Assembly (NCBI RefSeq): GCF_006345805.1
Contig: NC_042999.1
Location: 27,528,001 to 27,592,000, forward strand
Direction of reading: 5' to 3'
Source of the DNA: Octopus sinensis
Taxonomy: Eukaryota
Length of the DNA stretch: 64,000 nucleotides
Shown: positions 12,187 through 25,059 of the stretch, in pieces
Layout of the letters: each line of letters opens with the position of its first letter
How positions within the stretch are numbered: the first letter of the stretch is position 1
The notes under the pieces: generated by a model
Databases searched by the model: none
What the model was told of the DNA's origin: nothing
The model's input: only the letters and a program-made list of their open reading frames with translations
Made by a program: the position numbers and the translations under genes

Positions 12187-12456
12187 TCTTATATAACGAT
12201 ATCAGATCTGTCTGGATGTTGAATTCCATATCATCTTTGGTTTGCCTGTCTTATTCAGAACATAACACATGACAGAAGTGTTGCAGCAATATCTTCTACA
12301 AATTGACTTCTGTAAGCTGAGACAGACTTTTTCCTCTCCTTCATTGTATTTTTTCTGAACTAACACTTTGATGCTTGTTACATTTAGATCAATACTTTCC
12401 ATTCGCTGATTGCGTAAGCGATACTTATTTTCATTTGTTGTTGCTGTTGTTGTTAC

Positions 12457-12501
<45 letters not shown>

Positions 12502-12502
12502 C

Positions 12503-12600
12503 AAGGCGGTGAGCTGGGAGAATCGTTAGCATACCGTGCAAAATACCTAGCCTTATTTCGTCTGTCGCTACTTTCTGAGTTCAAATTCCACCGAGTGCGG
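12503..12600 (+). mobile_element. Family M SINE 5' half following an (ATT)n tract (12430-12500)
   Basis: aaggcggtgagctgggagaatcgttagc...ttctgagttcaaattccaccgag. Confidence 0.7.
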
Positions 12601-14034
12601 CTTTTAAGCTAGTACTATATAACTGTAAGCGTTTAAAGTTGAAGTTATATTTGTATAGTTGAAACTTGTAAGAAAGCGAATGCTTACCGATCATTATTAG
12701 TGAGTGATAGAGAAAGAGAAAGGGAGAAATAATTTCAAGGAAGAATTCAGATTTTTATGTAGGCTTTAGACTATAAACTGAATTTTAATGGAATTTGATG
12801 GTATCAAACTCATGTTCCCCACCGCGAATTTGCAGAATGAACTAAGTAAAGTGCCTTCCGTCAGGAGTCGATAACAATATTCTGAATCTAAACTCCTCTG
12901 TACCTCCTAATTATAAGCTTAGTCAGAGGAAGAAGGGTAGAACTCATGAGCCTTTATCAGGGTTCCCCGAGACTAGTGGAAGGAAAACCGGAAGTTATTC
13001 TCAGACTGAAGAACAGGCCCAAAAGCTTGCAATAACTAAATGTATTCCTTAAATGCAGCCAATGGCCAAGTAGCGGGGTTAATTTGGACGATGGAATTAC
13101 TCTATCTCTTAAAGTACATGAAAGTTCTCATCGCACTTCTAAACAATATCAGTCTATCAAATTTCGCTCCTAAATATTTCATTGATCCAAAATTTATTGT
13201 AGAGGACACATTTCTAAAATGCCGCGCCGTGGGATAGAACATGAAAGAAGGTAATTCCGAAAAAGAACCTTTTAACCATCTAGCCATAAGCTTACATCAT
13301 AAATTGTGTGACAGCTTGCTTAAATAACTATTTTGTTGCTTCTATTCTCGTTCAGTATTTTATTTGGTGAATAGCAAACGGTTAAATATATCTTGCTCAC
13401 TTGAGCATTATGTCCGGGGGTCGTGCTACATGAAACAGCATTAAATCTATGAACGCAAACTGAAAACTAAATCTGCTTTAGCTGCTGCTTATATTGACTT
13501 TTATCATTTCTCCTGTCTGGCAGTTTAATAAGACATCACAGGGACAATGACGTAATTAAGTTGTCGTCTATCATTAAATATTGCTTTTCTTTTTAGCCTT
13601 TTTAACAAACTACTGGCATAAAAAATTCATACAAAATTATTATTATCTTCTTATAGTTTTTGCCAAAACGAATCGATAACCTCTCTTGATGACTTTCCTT
13701 CTCGTGCACAAAGCGTTATTTTAATACATTGCTATGTTTAGCTTCCATATTTATTGTAATTAATACCTAGATACTTCCAGAAAAGTTAGCAGTTATGATA
13801 AAATGGTTGATATAAACAGAATATTTAAACATTAATTTCTATAAACTAAGCATAAACTTCTTTTTGTAAAGGAGATGGCTATAAAAGAGTCGGTCGACCT
13901 CATTGCCTTTTTGTACTTATATCATCGACCCTTTAGAAAATAAGATAAAACTGGTCTTATAAAAATTCAAAGTGAAAACAAATATTTTGAAATGAATATT
14001 GTAAAGCAACTTTTACGGTTCTATATTTAAAAGA

Positions 14035-14171
14035 TAAGGAATTATGTACATTATTTACATTTAATGGATATTTGTCCTCGTCTTGTTTGTTGTTAACACA
14101 ACGTTTCGACTGATATACCCTCCAGCCTTCATAAGGTTTCTTGGGGAAAATTTGAACCTGGGTTCTCATTC
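14035..14171 (-). mobile_element. PLE pseudo-LTR (family A) with mutated hammerhead core
   Basis: Reverse complement ataccttaggaatgagaaccc...aaacCTTATGAaggctgg..cagtcGAAAcgttgtgtt aligns to 21030-21200; the core has G5>T. Confidence 0.8.
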
Positions 14172-14187
14172 CTAAGGTATTTTTCGA

Positions 14188-14255
<68 letters not shown>

Positions 14256-14257
<2 letters not shown>

Positions 14258-14580
14258 TAGTTTTATTTTTATAGCGTGCTTTCACTTCACTACCGAGCGC
14301 AGCTCTGTGTGCCTTGGGTATGTGCTGTGATTTGTTGTGATGCTCTGATGGTTATTGTATGGAAAGTGTTCTGCGTAGGATGTGTGCAGTGCCTAGTAGT
14401 GCAATTTTCTGTATGTTATACATGTGTTTGTAAGTTCTGGTGTTTTTGTTATGTATTTGTCTGAGTATTTTTTTATCATGCCTAATGCACCGACTATGAT
14501 AGGAATTGTTTCTGTTTTTAGATTCCACATTCTGGTTACCTCTATTTCCATGTCTTTGTATTTTGAAAGTTTCTCCATTT
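14256..14580 (-). mobile_element. 3' end of R4/Dong-type (RLE) non-LTR element inserted in (AAT)n
   Basis: EKLSKYKDMEIEVTRMWNLKTETIPIIVGALG then (frameshift) YNIQKIALLGTAHILRRTLSIQ* is the canonical R4/Dong C-terminus; flanked by (ATT)n at 14172-14255 and 14583-14745. Confidence 0.9.
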
Positions 14581-14581
14581 C

Positions 14582-14618
<37 letters not shown>

Positions 14619-14690
14619 TATTATTATTATTATTATTATTATTATCATTATTATTATTATTGCTTTTATTATTATTATTATTATTATTGC

Positions 14691-14749
<59 letters not shown>

Positions 14750-14784
14750 TGACTGGCTAGAGTCGAACTTGGAAATTTCGCCAA

Positions 14785-14830
14785 GACACCTGATGAAGGC
14801 TAGAGGGTATATCAGCCGAAACGTTGTGTT
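14785..14830 (+). ncRNA. Minimal type I hammerhead ribozyme motif with intact core (PLE family A)
   Basis: GACAC-CTGATGA-A-GGCT(12 nt)AGCC-GAAA-CG-TT^GTGTT: stem I GACAC/GTGTT, stem II GGCT/AGCC, palindromic AACGTT stem III, GUU triplet. Confidence 0.75.
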
Positions 14831-15325
14831 AACAAATATCCGTCAAATGTCAATAGTGTAAATAATGTAAAACAATTTTTATTTGATAGTTTACATCCTT
14901 GACCATCTCTAGAAAGCAAAATCTGATTACATTAATCCAATAATTTATCTATATTTCTTCAAATAGTCAAAACTGAAAAATCTGCTACAGAAATGATATC
15001 GCTTCACCATCTTTTATAATTATAAAGAAATTAAATCTTTTTTAAAATCATTTTCGCTTTTATCAATGAAAGACGAATACATTATGGCTGTGCTATTTAT
15101 GATAAACCCTATGTTTAGCTCAGTATCGTATCATCTCAAAAAAGTTATAAACGTATTTTTATTTCACAATAGGTTCATGACAGTGCTCTCGGGACTTCAA
15201 AGAGAATATTACTTGTGGACTAAACATGGATTGTTATAACAAAAATATTTTCAAATAGCTTTTGGAAAACAATATAAAAAACTATTGCCTATTTTGTTTT
15301 ATAAGTCATGCCTACAAATAATAAT

Positions 15326-15710
15326 GGATGGAAGCACTCCGTCGGTTACGACGACGAAGGTTCCGGTTGATCCGATCAACGGAACAGCCTGCTCATGAAA
15401 TTAACGTGTAAGTGGCTGAGCACTCCACAGACACGTGTACCCTTAACGTAGTTCTCAGGGAGATTCAGCGTGACACAGAGAGTGACAAGGCCGGCCCTTT
15501 GAAGTACAGGTACAACAGAAACAGGAAGTAAGAGTGAGAGAAAGTTGTGGTGAAAGAGTACAGCAGGGATCACCACCATCCCCTGCCGGAGCTTCGTGGA
15601 GCTTTAGGTGTTTTCGCTCAATAAACACTCACAACGCCCGGTCTGGGAATCGAAACCGCGATCCTATGACCGCGAGTCCGCTGCCCTAACCACTGGGCCA
15701 TTGCGCCTCC
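15326..15710 (-). mobile_element. tRNA-derived SINE family R, full length
   Basis: Head GGAGGCGCAATGGCCCAGTGGTTAGGGCAGCGGACTCGCGGTC..GGTTTCGATTCCC has A- and B-box-like motifs; body shared with 52151 and 41090. Confidence 0.85.
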
Positions 15711-18179
15711 ACTAGAGAACAATTGCTATAAAAGTAAATTCTACACTTTCTTGGAGCTTGAACCAGACAAGCCTAACGAGTGGAAAGAGAAATAACTGAA
15801 GCGACAATGCCTCATAAACTAACTCATGGGGCATGAGTTCAAACCCTGTATGGTAGTCAGATGTTGTTGCTTTTTAGCCAAAGACCAGCCTTGGTGGAGC
15901 AGACTTATGATTAAAAGCATTCCAGCTAAGGCCATCTCGTTTTTACACACATATGACAAATTACTCTATACCATATGTTCTTCCTTTCCCATAGTCTAAT
16001 GCAGGATTTGAGAGAGATTTAATTGCTATTTCTAGCCAGCCAACTAACCCCATAGAAGTTTACATGTTCGCTCTCTATGCGCCTCTAAGTAACATTAACC
16101 AAATGTTATAATTTTGAATTACTATATTTAATAGAGTAAGCATCAAACTGGTTAAATCCAAATAATTATATAACGTAGAAAAGACATTAGTTCGATGATT
16201 AACATTAGTTTTTTCAGCAACAACTTCGGACAAGACTCCTTATTAAACTTACTCAGTTACTTATAGACTTCCCAATACCTACTGAAGTAATGACATTTAC
16301 TCTAATCACTAAGTAAATGTACAGTATCAGATAGATCCAGGGGTGGGGAATAATGGCATATTAAAAATAAAAATCCCTTTGAGACCGCATCTGTTATCTA
16401 TTTCTAAGGATGGCGCATCTGAGCAAATAACTCCAATGTTTTATACTGTGAAATATTACTAATATTACATTGTTCACTACACTTTGTTGTCGAAATTAGT
16501 TGTGAGTCCTGTCTATGAAACTAACTTATGTTTTATTAGCGTCAATTCCAATAAGATGATCGTCTCTCATTCACTTAAAGCTGTTGTTAATCATTAACTA
16601 AATGGGTTCTTGTAGCTTCACGCATTATGAATTTTATATACTGAATTGATTTACGCTGACAGATTCAGTAATAAATATTGATACAACAGTAAATCCCAGA
16701 CAAGCCCCAATTTATCGTGCCTGGTAAGACTTAATCCATCGTCCATTTTAAGACCACTAACTGGACTCCGAATACTAAAGGTATTCGGGGTCACACTTTT
16801 GCAAGCACTCTGTGCAGCCGCTCAATAATTTGGACCTGGAGATCTCCATTTCCAGCGACTTCGAGGGCCACTTCCCAGTGGTGTCGGGCGTCAACGAAGA
16901 GCCCTCGAATACAACAAGACGACAAAAGTTTTTTTTTTCCAAGGTCTGGGGTCTCCCGCCCCTAAGCCCTAGACCATCAGCTACTCACCCTTACCCGTCT
17001 TGTTGCTTAACAACAACAACAGCAACAGCACTCCGTGCAAGTTTACTTTCTTAGAAAGACTTACTGTCACGATGTGCACTTCCCTACATTAACAATCAAT
17101 GTGTCATGGTACTTCTCTCACCCGTCATATACACTCTTCAATAATCCAGGAAGGTAGCCCTTACAAATTCAATTTTGTTATACAAAACCTGAAAACAAAA
17201 AATCTAATCGAATTTCCTTTAAATAAATATGATAAGAGTTGTAAAGTTTCATTCACGATCGCAGCATTTTAGCTTAGATTTCTAAGCCAGTGATGCGTCG
17301 TGCTCATGAGCAAAGTACTTCATTTCAGAACCAGTCCACTCTACTGTAGCTCAGCGACAGACTGGCATTCGGTTCAGGAAGAATGTTCGCCTGTCCGCCT
17401 GGCCATTAGAATCGCATCATTCGAAAGCTATAACAATACAAGGAAGCGCATTGTAACAAGTGATGTATAACATTTGACACTCTTGTCTGTAGAAAGAAGG
17501 TGAACTTAAATGGTTTTTTAGTTTTCCTTTCGAATGTGTGTTGAAAAATTAACTCTAACAGAAAATAGTAGTTTAAAAATACCTTCGAAACATAATTGAA
17601 AAATTCTAAAAGTTTTATACAAGAGTAATAATAGAAACCTCTAGGCAGTCGATTAACTTCTTTGAAAAACAACCAAATCTCATTCTACCATTTTATCTGT
17701 ATAACCAACTAAATTATTGAAGTTCCCGAAACTTTAATAAAACAAAAATGATGTACACTAGATGTGTAGTAGTTTAATTAAACGAAAGGAAATAACTCCA
17801 TTAATAAAAATAAAGACAAAATAGGCTATTAGCTGGAAATTTTCATGGAGCATATCGTGACTAGTGTTAGATTTAATCAAAAACACGACTGTCTATTTTT
17901 TCTTATGCCACATGAGAATCAGTTAATAAATGAAGTAAACTTTGTTAGTCTTCGAGATTCTAAATAGTTCACTGTACATGTGGAAACCAAATATTTAAAA
18001 CAACTTTCTTCACAAAAACTTATATTGTCGCAAACGGATTCAATTAGTTACAAGCCAAGGATATAACAGAACCTGATGGTAGCGTTTGTCTTCGGTAAAA
18101 CTGTGTCTCAAACATGATAAGACGAACTACGCTCAAATACACGAGACATGATATGATATATTTTTTGTAGATATCTCTG

Positions 18180-18762
18180 AAAATTTACGAATACAGATAT
18201 GCATGGATAAGCAGATATTTATGAGTACAATATACATGCACACAGACACACAAAAACGCACTCACATATGTATATGCATATGTATACATATAAGTATATA
18301 TACTTATGTATACACGTGTGTACGTTTGTATATACAAATATATATACATATCATTATATAGATACATATATCCATGAACATATATACAAATATATTTATA
18401 TGAATATATACATACAAATATATATATATACATATAAACTTATATATATAGAAATTTATAGAGAAATATATATATATATATATTCATATAAATAAATATA
18501 TATATATATATATATATTTACATATAAATATATATATATACATATAATATATATACATATAAATATAAATATGTAGATATATACAAATATATATATAGAT
18601 AAATATATATACATATATATTTATAGATAGATATATCAATATATATATATATATGTGTTCGACGTCTTTTTGGTGTCCTGTACACATATATGCGTGTATA
18701 TGTACATGTAGAGGTAGGTACGTACATATATGTTTATATATATGCATATGTTCTATTTTATT

Positions 18763-18817
<55 letters not shown>

Positions 18818-18950
18818 TATGAATATATATATGCATACATGTGCATATATATATGTGTATAATGTGTATATATATGTACATATACATAAATATAAATATA
18901 TATATATATACATACATACATATATATAAATGTATATATATATATATATA

Positions 18951-19013
<63 letters not shown>

Positions 19014-19190
19014 ATGCATATATGCATATATATATGTATATGTATATATATGTACATGTTTATATATATGTGTATATATATATGTGTGTGTGTGTGGTGT
19101 GTATAAATATGTATATATATATATATCTAAATATATATATATATGTATAAGTATATATATATATTCATATATATGTGTGTATTTGTGTGC
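18180..19190. repeat. ~1-kb degenerate (TA)n/(TACA)n low-complexity tract
   Basis: Seen directly. Confidence 0.95.
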
Positions 19191-19769
19191 ATAAATGTAA
19201 GAAAAATTATTGAGATTCAGATGAATTAGGTACTTAAGTTGAGGCACCAAAAATTTGTGCGGAATTATCCGTTCATTTTCAAATAAGTTGAATGAGATCA
19301 AAATAAGAGGTGATGCAGTACCATCGTTTCAAGCGACTCTATTTAATTGAACAATGTAATAGATTACAATAATTACATTAATTGAAATGCAGAGCTAACC
19401 TCAGCTGCATAATTAAATAAATAGAATTTGTTTAATCAGTCGGACATATTTATATAATTTTACTTAAATCCTCCAAGAGGGTATGAAGAAAGACAAAGTC
19501 CATGCTGTATTCACTTCAGCTTAGAAACTACTAAGACCTCAGGAAAGGAAGTTGTTAGAGATCTAGCTTGTCACTTAATTTTGGGTTGGTTTTGATTTAT
19601 AGTCTTATTTATCAAATCTTTGTATATCAAAATCTAAGACCAAAGAGCATTGTCTATTATGAAAGGGCCTGAGGGAGTTGACAGAATCATAGTGGGTATA
19701 GTCATAAAACTTCTCCAGATTAGTTTGAAGCAGTAATAAAGTAATTGTCTATAAAGAGGTTTGCTATTT

Positions 19770-20480
19770 ACATTCAACAGATACTTGTCGGGCAATTATG
19801 GAGTGAATTTTAGGGCTTATAAATCTAATATTCTCCTGCCCTTCTTTAATACCGGTTCCCATATGCTATTCATATCTGCATTCAGTCTGCTTAGGAGGTT
19901 GTTGTGTCCTAACATATGTGCTGCTTCTTTTAGTTTTCATATTTTCCAGTGGAGTTCTCTCTCTATTATTTTAAGTTCATTCCACAGTGGGAGGTGGTCT
20001 CTATTTTTCCATACATGATCAGCTATACCCGATTTATCAATATTTCCTCGTGTCACAGCTTTGCGATGTTTGTCTACCCTTGTTTTGAGGGGGTGGCATG
20101 TTTCGCTTTTGTATAACCTACCACAGCTGCATAGGATGAAGTACACGCAGTCTTTGGTCATATTCTCTTCTATTGATGGTTTTACCCGAAGGAGATATGT
20201 GCGAAGTGTTGTATTACTTTTGAATACTGTCTTGATGTCATATAGGCCGCATACCTTTTGTATCTCTTTCGAAGAGGCCTTTCACATAGGGTAAACAAAC
20301 TGTGGACAGTTTATTGGCCTCATCCTCTCTCTTCTTCATAACTGGAGTCGATAGTGTACTTTGGGGATAGTTGTTGCTTAACAGATCGTTATTGAGCTTG
20401 ATCATTTCTTCGTGGTGTGTATCACGATTGCTACTTATATAATTTGTACTATGTTTTAGGCACTGAGCAAAAAGCACGAT
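19770..20480 (-). mobile_element. Penelope/Poseidon-type PLE, RT C-terminus plus GIY-YIG relic (family A)
   Basis: SNNYPQSTL...TVCLPYVKGLFE and CVYFILCSCGRLYKSETCHPLKTRVDKHRKAV..KSGIADHVW; ends in gacaagtatctgttgaatgtaaat, matching the family A pLTR tail. Confidence 0.85.
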
Positions 20481-20494
20481 GAGAACAATATCCA

Positions 20495-20965
20495 TTGAGT
20501 GCAAATAATGTAAACAATGTAAATAATGCACGTAATTCCTCATCTTTTAAATATAGAACTGTATTATCTAATCGGTACGGAGCCGACATTAGACTTCAAT
20601 GGAGATATATAGAGAAACTCCATCAAAAACTAGCTCATCTTTCAAACCATCTAACTTTCTTATGTAGATGTAGAGACTTGGCTTGAATATAATGACACCA
20701 ATCGATTATTCACATAAAGCTAAAAGAGTAACGGAAAGGACAGGACATGCCCTCGTCCGTGAGCGGACCCATTACAACCGCTGGAAAAACATGAATTAAA
20801 TAACGAAATCAAAGACAGGTTATCTTCATTACTTAGAAAAACAACAAGCGATGATGATAGAAAGGGATTCCAACAAGATCTGGAAAAGTCGTACAAGAAA
20901 GAATTTGCAAGAATTTGAAGAAATGCCAGATTAAGAAGTTTATGAAAATCATAGGTCAGAGAATG
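20495..20965 (+). mobile_element. PLE family A pLTR tail plus N-terminal ORF relic
   Basis: pLTR tail reads into RYGADIRLQWRYIEKLHQKLAHLSNHLTFLCRCRD and KAKRVTERTGHALVRER, which resemble PLE ORF N-termini. Confidence 0.7.
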
Positions 20966-20987
20966 AAGACTGAAATCCGTCACCCGC

Positions 20988-21207
20988 GGTCATATGGCAT
21001 AGTGGTTAAGAGCGCGGGCTACTAACCTCAATACCTTAGGAATGAGAACCCAGCTTCGAAATTTCCCCCAAGACACCTGAAGAAAGCTGGAAGGTATATC
21101 AGCCGAAACGTTTTGTTAACAACAAACAAGATGAAGACACATTTCCGTTGAATGTAAATAATGTAAATAATGCACATAATTCTTCATCTCTTAAATATAG
21201 AACTGTA
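20988..21207 (+). mobile_element. PLE family A pLTR with tRNA-like head and degenerate hammerhead (21072-21117)
   Basis: GGTCATATGGCATAGTGGTTAAGAGCGCGGGCTACTAACC (A-box TGGCATAGTGG), then gacacCTGAAGAaagctgg..cagccGAAAcgtt. Confidence 0.75.
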
Positions 21208-21212
21208 TATAC

Positions 21213-21320
<108 letters not shown>

Positions 21321-21353
21321 ATATATATTGTATATATATGTATGATATGTATG

Positions 21354-21385
<32 letters not shown>

Positions 21386-21387
21386 CG

Positions 21388-22400
21388 TAATGGAAATAGC
21401 TAACTCCATTCACCAAAGTTTCAAGATAACTGTAGATTACCCCACTAAGCACCCCAACAATAGACTCCTCGTATTGATACTGAACTTTGGTTAGAGACAG
21501 TGAACAATAGACTGCAGCTCCTCCACTCCTATTACATGAAACCTATAGCTTCAAAATATGTTGTTCACAAGAACTCATCTTTGTCACACAACATGAAAAT
21601 TAATATACTGATAGCAGACTTAGTTAGGATAATGAACAACGTGTCCCTACTATGCGAACGCTATGAAATGAAAAAGCATATACAAAACTTCATGCGGTTT
21701 TCTGGATATGATCAGAAAGATAGGGTTCGAGTATACAGGGGTGCTAGTAGGAAATTAGATAACATTATACATAATGATACAAGTGGTACCTGCCCTAGAT
21801 ATAGAAACAAAGACTGGAATAGGATACAAAGAAATTGTGACAAAACAAACAGGGCGAACACGTGGTATAAAACTGACAAATATCGGGGAGTGATGTTTGT
21901 AGAGGCCACAGCCCATGGAGAATTAGCCCGTAGATTTAGAAAAGCTCTGAAGGAGACCAAACTCAACATTAAGATTGTTGAAAAGCCAGGGAACTCCGTC
22001 ATATCACAAATATGTAGGACGTACCCCTTTGAGAATACCATATGCACTAATGATAACTGCATGATATGTAGGATTAGCTCTGGCATTAACTGTAGAACTA
22101 GAAATGTAGATTACAGCATAAGATGCATAGAAGGTGCTTGTAAAGACATGAACATGACGCACATAGGGGAGACATCTAGGAGCATTGCGTAACGACAAAA
22201 TGAACATCTGAGACAATATGACAACAAAAAACAGTCCTCCATACTCTACCAGCATGCCAAAGACCACCATGGAGGCAACTTGGGTCAACTTGACATCCGC
22301 ATCATATCCAAGCACTCAAAAGACCCAACACTCAGACAAGTACGGGAGTACGTCCGTATAAATGAAACTTCTCTAATACTAAATAGGAAATATACATAGT
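21388..22400 (+). mobile_element. Second PLE family (probably Neptune-like): RT C-terminal region, Cys-rich linker, GIY-YIG
   Basis: [15 protein letters not shown]; YYMKPIASKYVVH; MFVEATAHGELARR; KIVEKPG; CTNDNCMIC..CRTRNVDYSIRC..THIGETSRSIA*RQNEH; read-through ..QHAKDHH..DPTLRQVRE..INE. Confidence 0.9.
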
Positions 22401-22614
22401 AGATATCATACCCCCATACCCACAGTTTACACAGGTAGAGTAGAATAGTTAGTGGACTGTTATGTCGATAGATGTATGTAGGTGTGTGTGTCTTTGCATG
22501 AGTGTGTGACAATCTCACTTAGCCATTTGTAACAGATTATATCACCTTCTACATGTATTTCGGGAACATAATCGTAATGAATAATTTCAATATTGAAAAA
22601 CTCTTGAACGTTAA

Positions 22615-22740
22615 TGTCTGTTTGTGTTTGTTGTCTGTGTTTGTCCCCCATCACCAGTTGATAGCAGGTGTTGGTGTGTTTTCGTCCCTGTAACTTGGGG
22701 GTTCGGCAAAAGAGAATAATATAAGTACCGAGCTTAAACA
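22615..22740 (+). mobile_element. Family C SINE 3' fragment
   Basis: tgtctgtgtttgtcccc..ggtgtgttttcgtccctgtaacttgggggttcggcaaaagag. Confidence 0.65.
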
Positions 22741-23631
22741 ACAACATATATACATACATCTGTGTGTGTTTATGTGTGCGTATATGCGTGTATGTGTATA
22801 GTTTTATAACTCATTGTATATACGTACATTTCTAGATTAAGCCACAATTTTTCACGTAAGTTGCTGAAATTTTCTCTATTATACATCTTTTCAGACAGAA
22901 GTCATAGAATATGTGATATAAATTTATTAATAATGGAGATTGTAGACTTACTATTGACGGAAATGGATTTGTATTGAAAAAGGAAAAGTGATAGGAAATT
23001 AGCTTGAGTATATTTAAGTGGTGGTCTGGGGAAACAGTTATGATAACTCTTATCCTGTGTTGATATTCACTGTCCATTTATGTAGGCACGTATGTACGTA
23101 TGTGTAGATGTATGTGGGCATGCAAATAGAGGAAATTGATTTTAAATGTCTATAAATATCGGAAATGGTCTCTGAATAAGTGTTTTCAGAGAATATTAGT
23201 ATTCATCGGATTTCAAATATGTCATTTGCAGGTATTTGATAGTCTTGCGCTAATTTTCAGAAACGCGCACATTTGCTTCGCGGTATTGAATAACTTCTCT
23301 CTGTACACTTTTTGTGTGTGAAAATAGGGCGAGATTTAAATGACTAGGGCAGTATCAATCATTGAAGTGGGCGAAATTAAACTAAATGACTTGTGGCTGA
23401 TAGTCATGCGTTGGCTAATTCCAACTTAGTAAACTTCAGTACACGTTCTCTTTGTTAATTTCTATAAAAGAATGTAAGTTTATGTTTTGCTCTAGAAGAC
23501 GGAAGTGGTGTCTATCATTGAAGAGATCAAATTAAATCGAAACGCAGGTGTCTGATATTTCTCTGATGTCATTTGCAACACGTGTTTTTACATAAAAATT
23601 CTACAAATGTTGTTCTCCGAAACAATAACAC

Positions 23632-23667
<36 letters not shown>

Positions 23668-24943
23668 ATACATACATACACACAAACATATATGCTTACG
23701 TACACCCCCCCACACACACACACAGATTATGTACCTTGGCAAAGTAAATATTTTTCACCCCCTCTCAAAATCCAAAGCATATATTCTTTCAATTTCCCTT
23801 TTCAGAATATACTTCCCTCACTCGTACGCTACAATCGTGTTCATTCTCAAAATGTTATATACTTACGTATTAATATGTGTACATGTGCTCACTATAAGAA
23901 CTGCGCAAATACACATCAGTGCAAAAGTGTGTGTTTGATATGTATATCTTCCCTATATATCTAACGCTTGTGTGTATGGGAATGTAGGTGTATGTTTCTG
24001 TATGCATGTCTGTATGCTTGTATGCTACCTGCGCATGAAAAAAAAATTTTTTTTAATTTTTGTTGCCTCATAATGAAGCGGCGCTATTTGACGCATGCAG
24101 CTATAATAGAATTTTTTTTTTTTTTTGAGGGGTGTCTTTGAAGTTTATAGGGCACAGAAATTGGAAGATATTTCGAGATAAAGGGCTCAAGTTTAAGAGT
24201 ACAGTTGTGGAAACATTTTATTATGCTCACAATGTACTGCTTTCCCTAAAATTACTGTGCACGCAATCAGAAGACAAACTCTAGATTTTAATCATATATG
24301 GTGACAAATAATATATGAAATCTACTTTACATATTGAGTTATTTTTCACTCGCTGGCATAAACTCTATGAGGAGAGCAGGGAGGATGAGAAGGCAAATCC
24401 AGTCTACATATGTTTCCAAGTCAATCTAAACATGCTTTATGTAACACGTAACACATAAATACAACCTAGCTTTTCCCCAGTTCTAAGTACTCGCGGTTGC
24501 AATCCATCGTTGCAAATAAAAAATTGAATACTACACTAATTTAACCACACCAGGATGATAGATAGAAATATTTAGAACAAATGACCAATGAAATTCATTG
24601 CCAACAGGAAGACAACATTCAAGAGGAGAGACTAGAAATTGTGCAATTAGACGTGACAGTTAAAATAATTTATAATGTCTAGAATACAAAAAACTAACAT
24701 GTATATATAACCGTTACATGTAAAGAATATATATATAAATATATAAGAAACGAAACAGAAAAGGCACATAGAAAGAGCACGTACAGAATAAAAGGATTAT
24801 ATACACATATATAAACATATAATTTATACCAACATGCATAAAATACAGAATATAACAATGAGTATAAACCAGACAGTATTTCAAAGGAAGAAACTGGTTC
24901 ATATAAAAAGTAAAGAAAACCCAAAGAAAATATACATATATAA

Positions 24944-25001
<58 letters not shown>

Positions 25002-25059
25002 TATATATAATATATATATATATATAATATATATATATATAATAATATATATATATATA

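Noticed and set aside
12202-12450. Possible transposase or exon fragment (KKYNEGEEKVC..; SQFVEDIAATLL)
   Set aside because: No recognisable motif and inconsistent frames.
12850-13240. Moderately GC-rich stretch with three short open frames
   Set aside because: No homology recognised and no convincing splice sites.
15636-15710. tRNA-like sequence as a real tRNA gene
   Set aside because: It continues directly into a 310-bp SINE body seen elsewhere in the window, and acceptor-stem pairing is poor; it is a SINE head.
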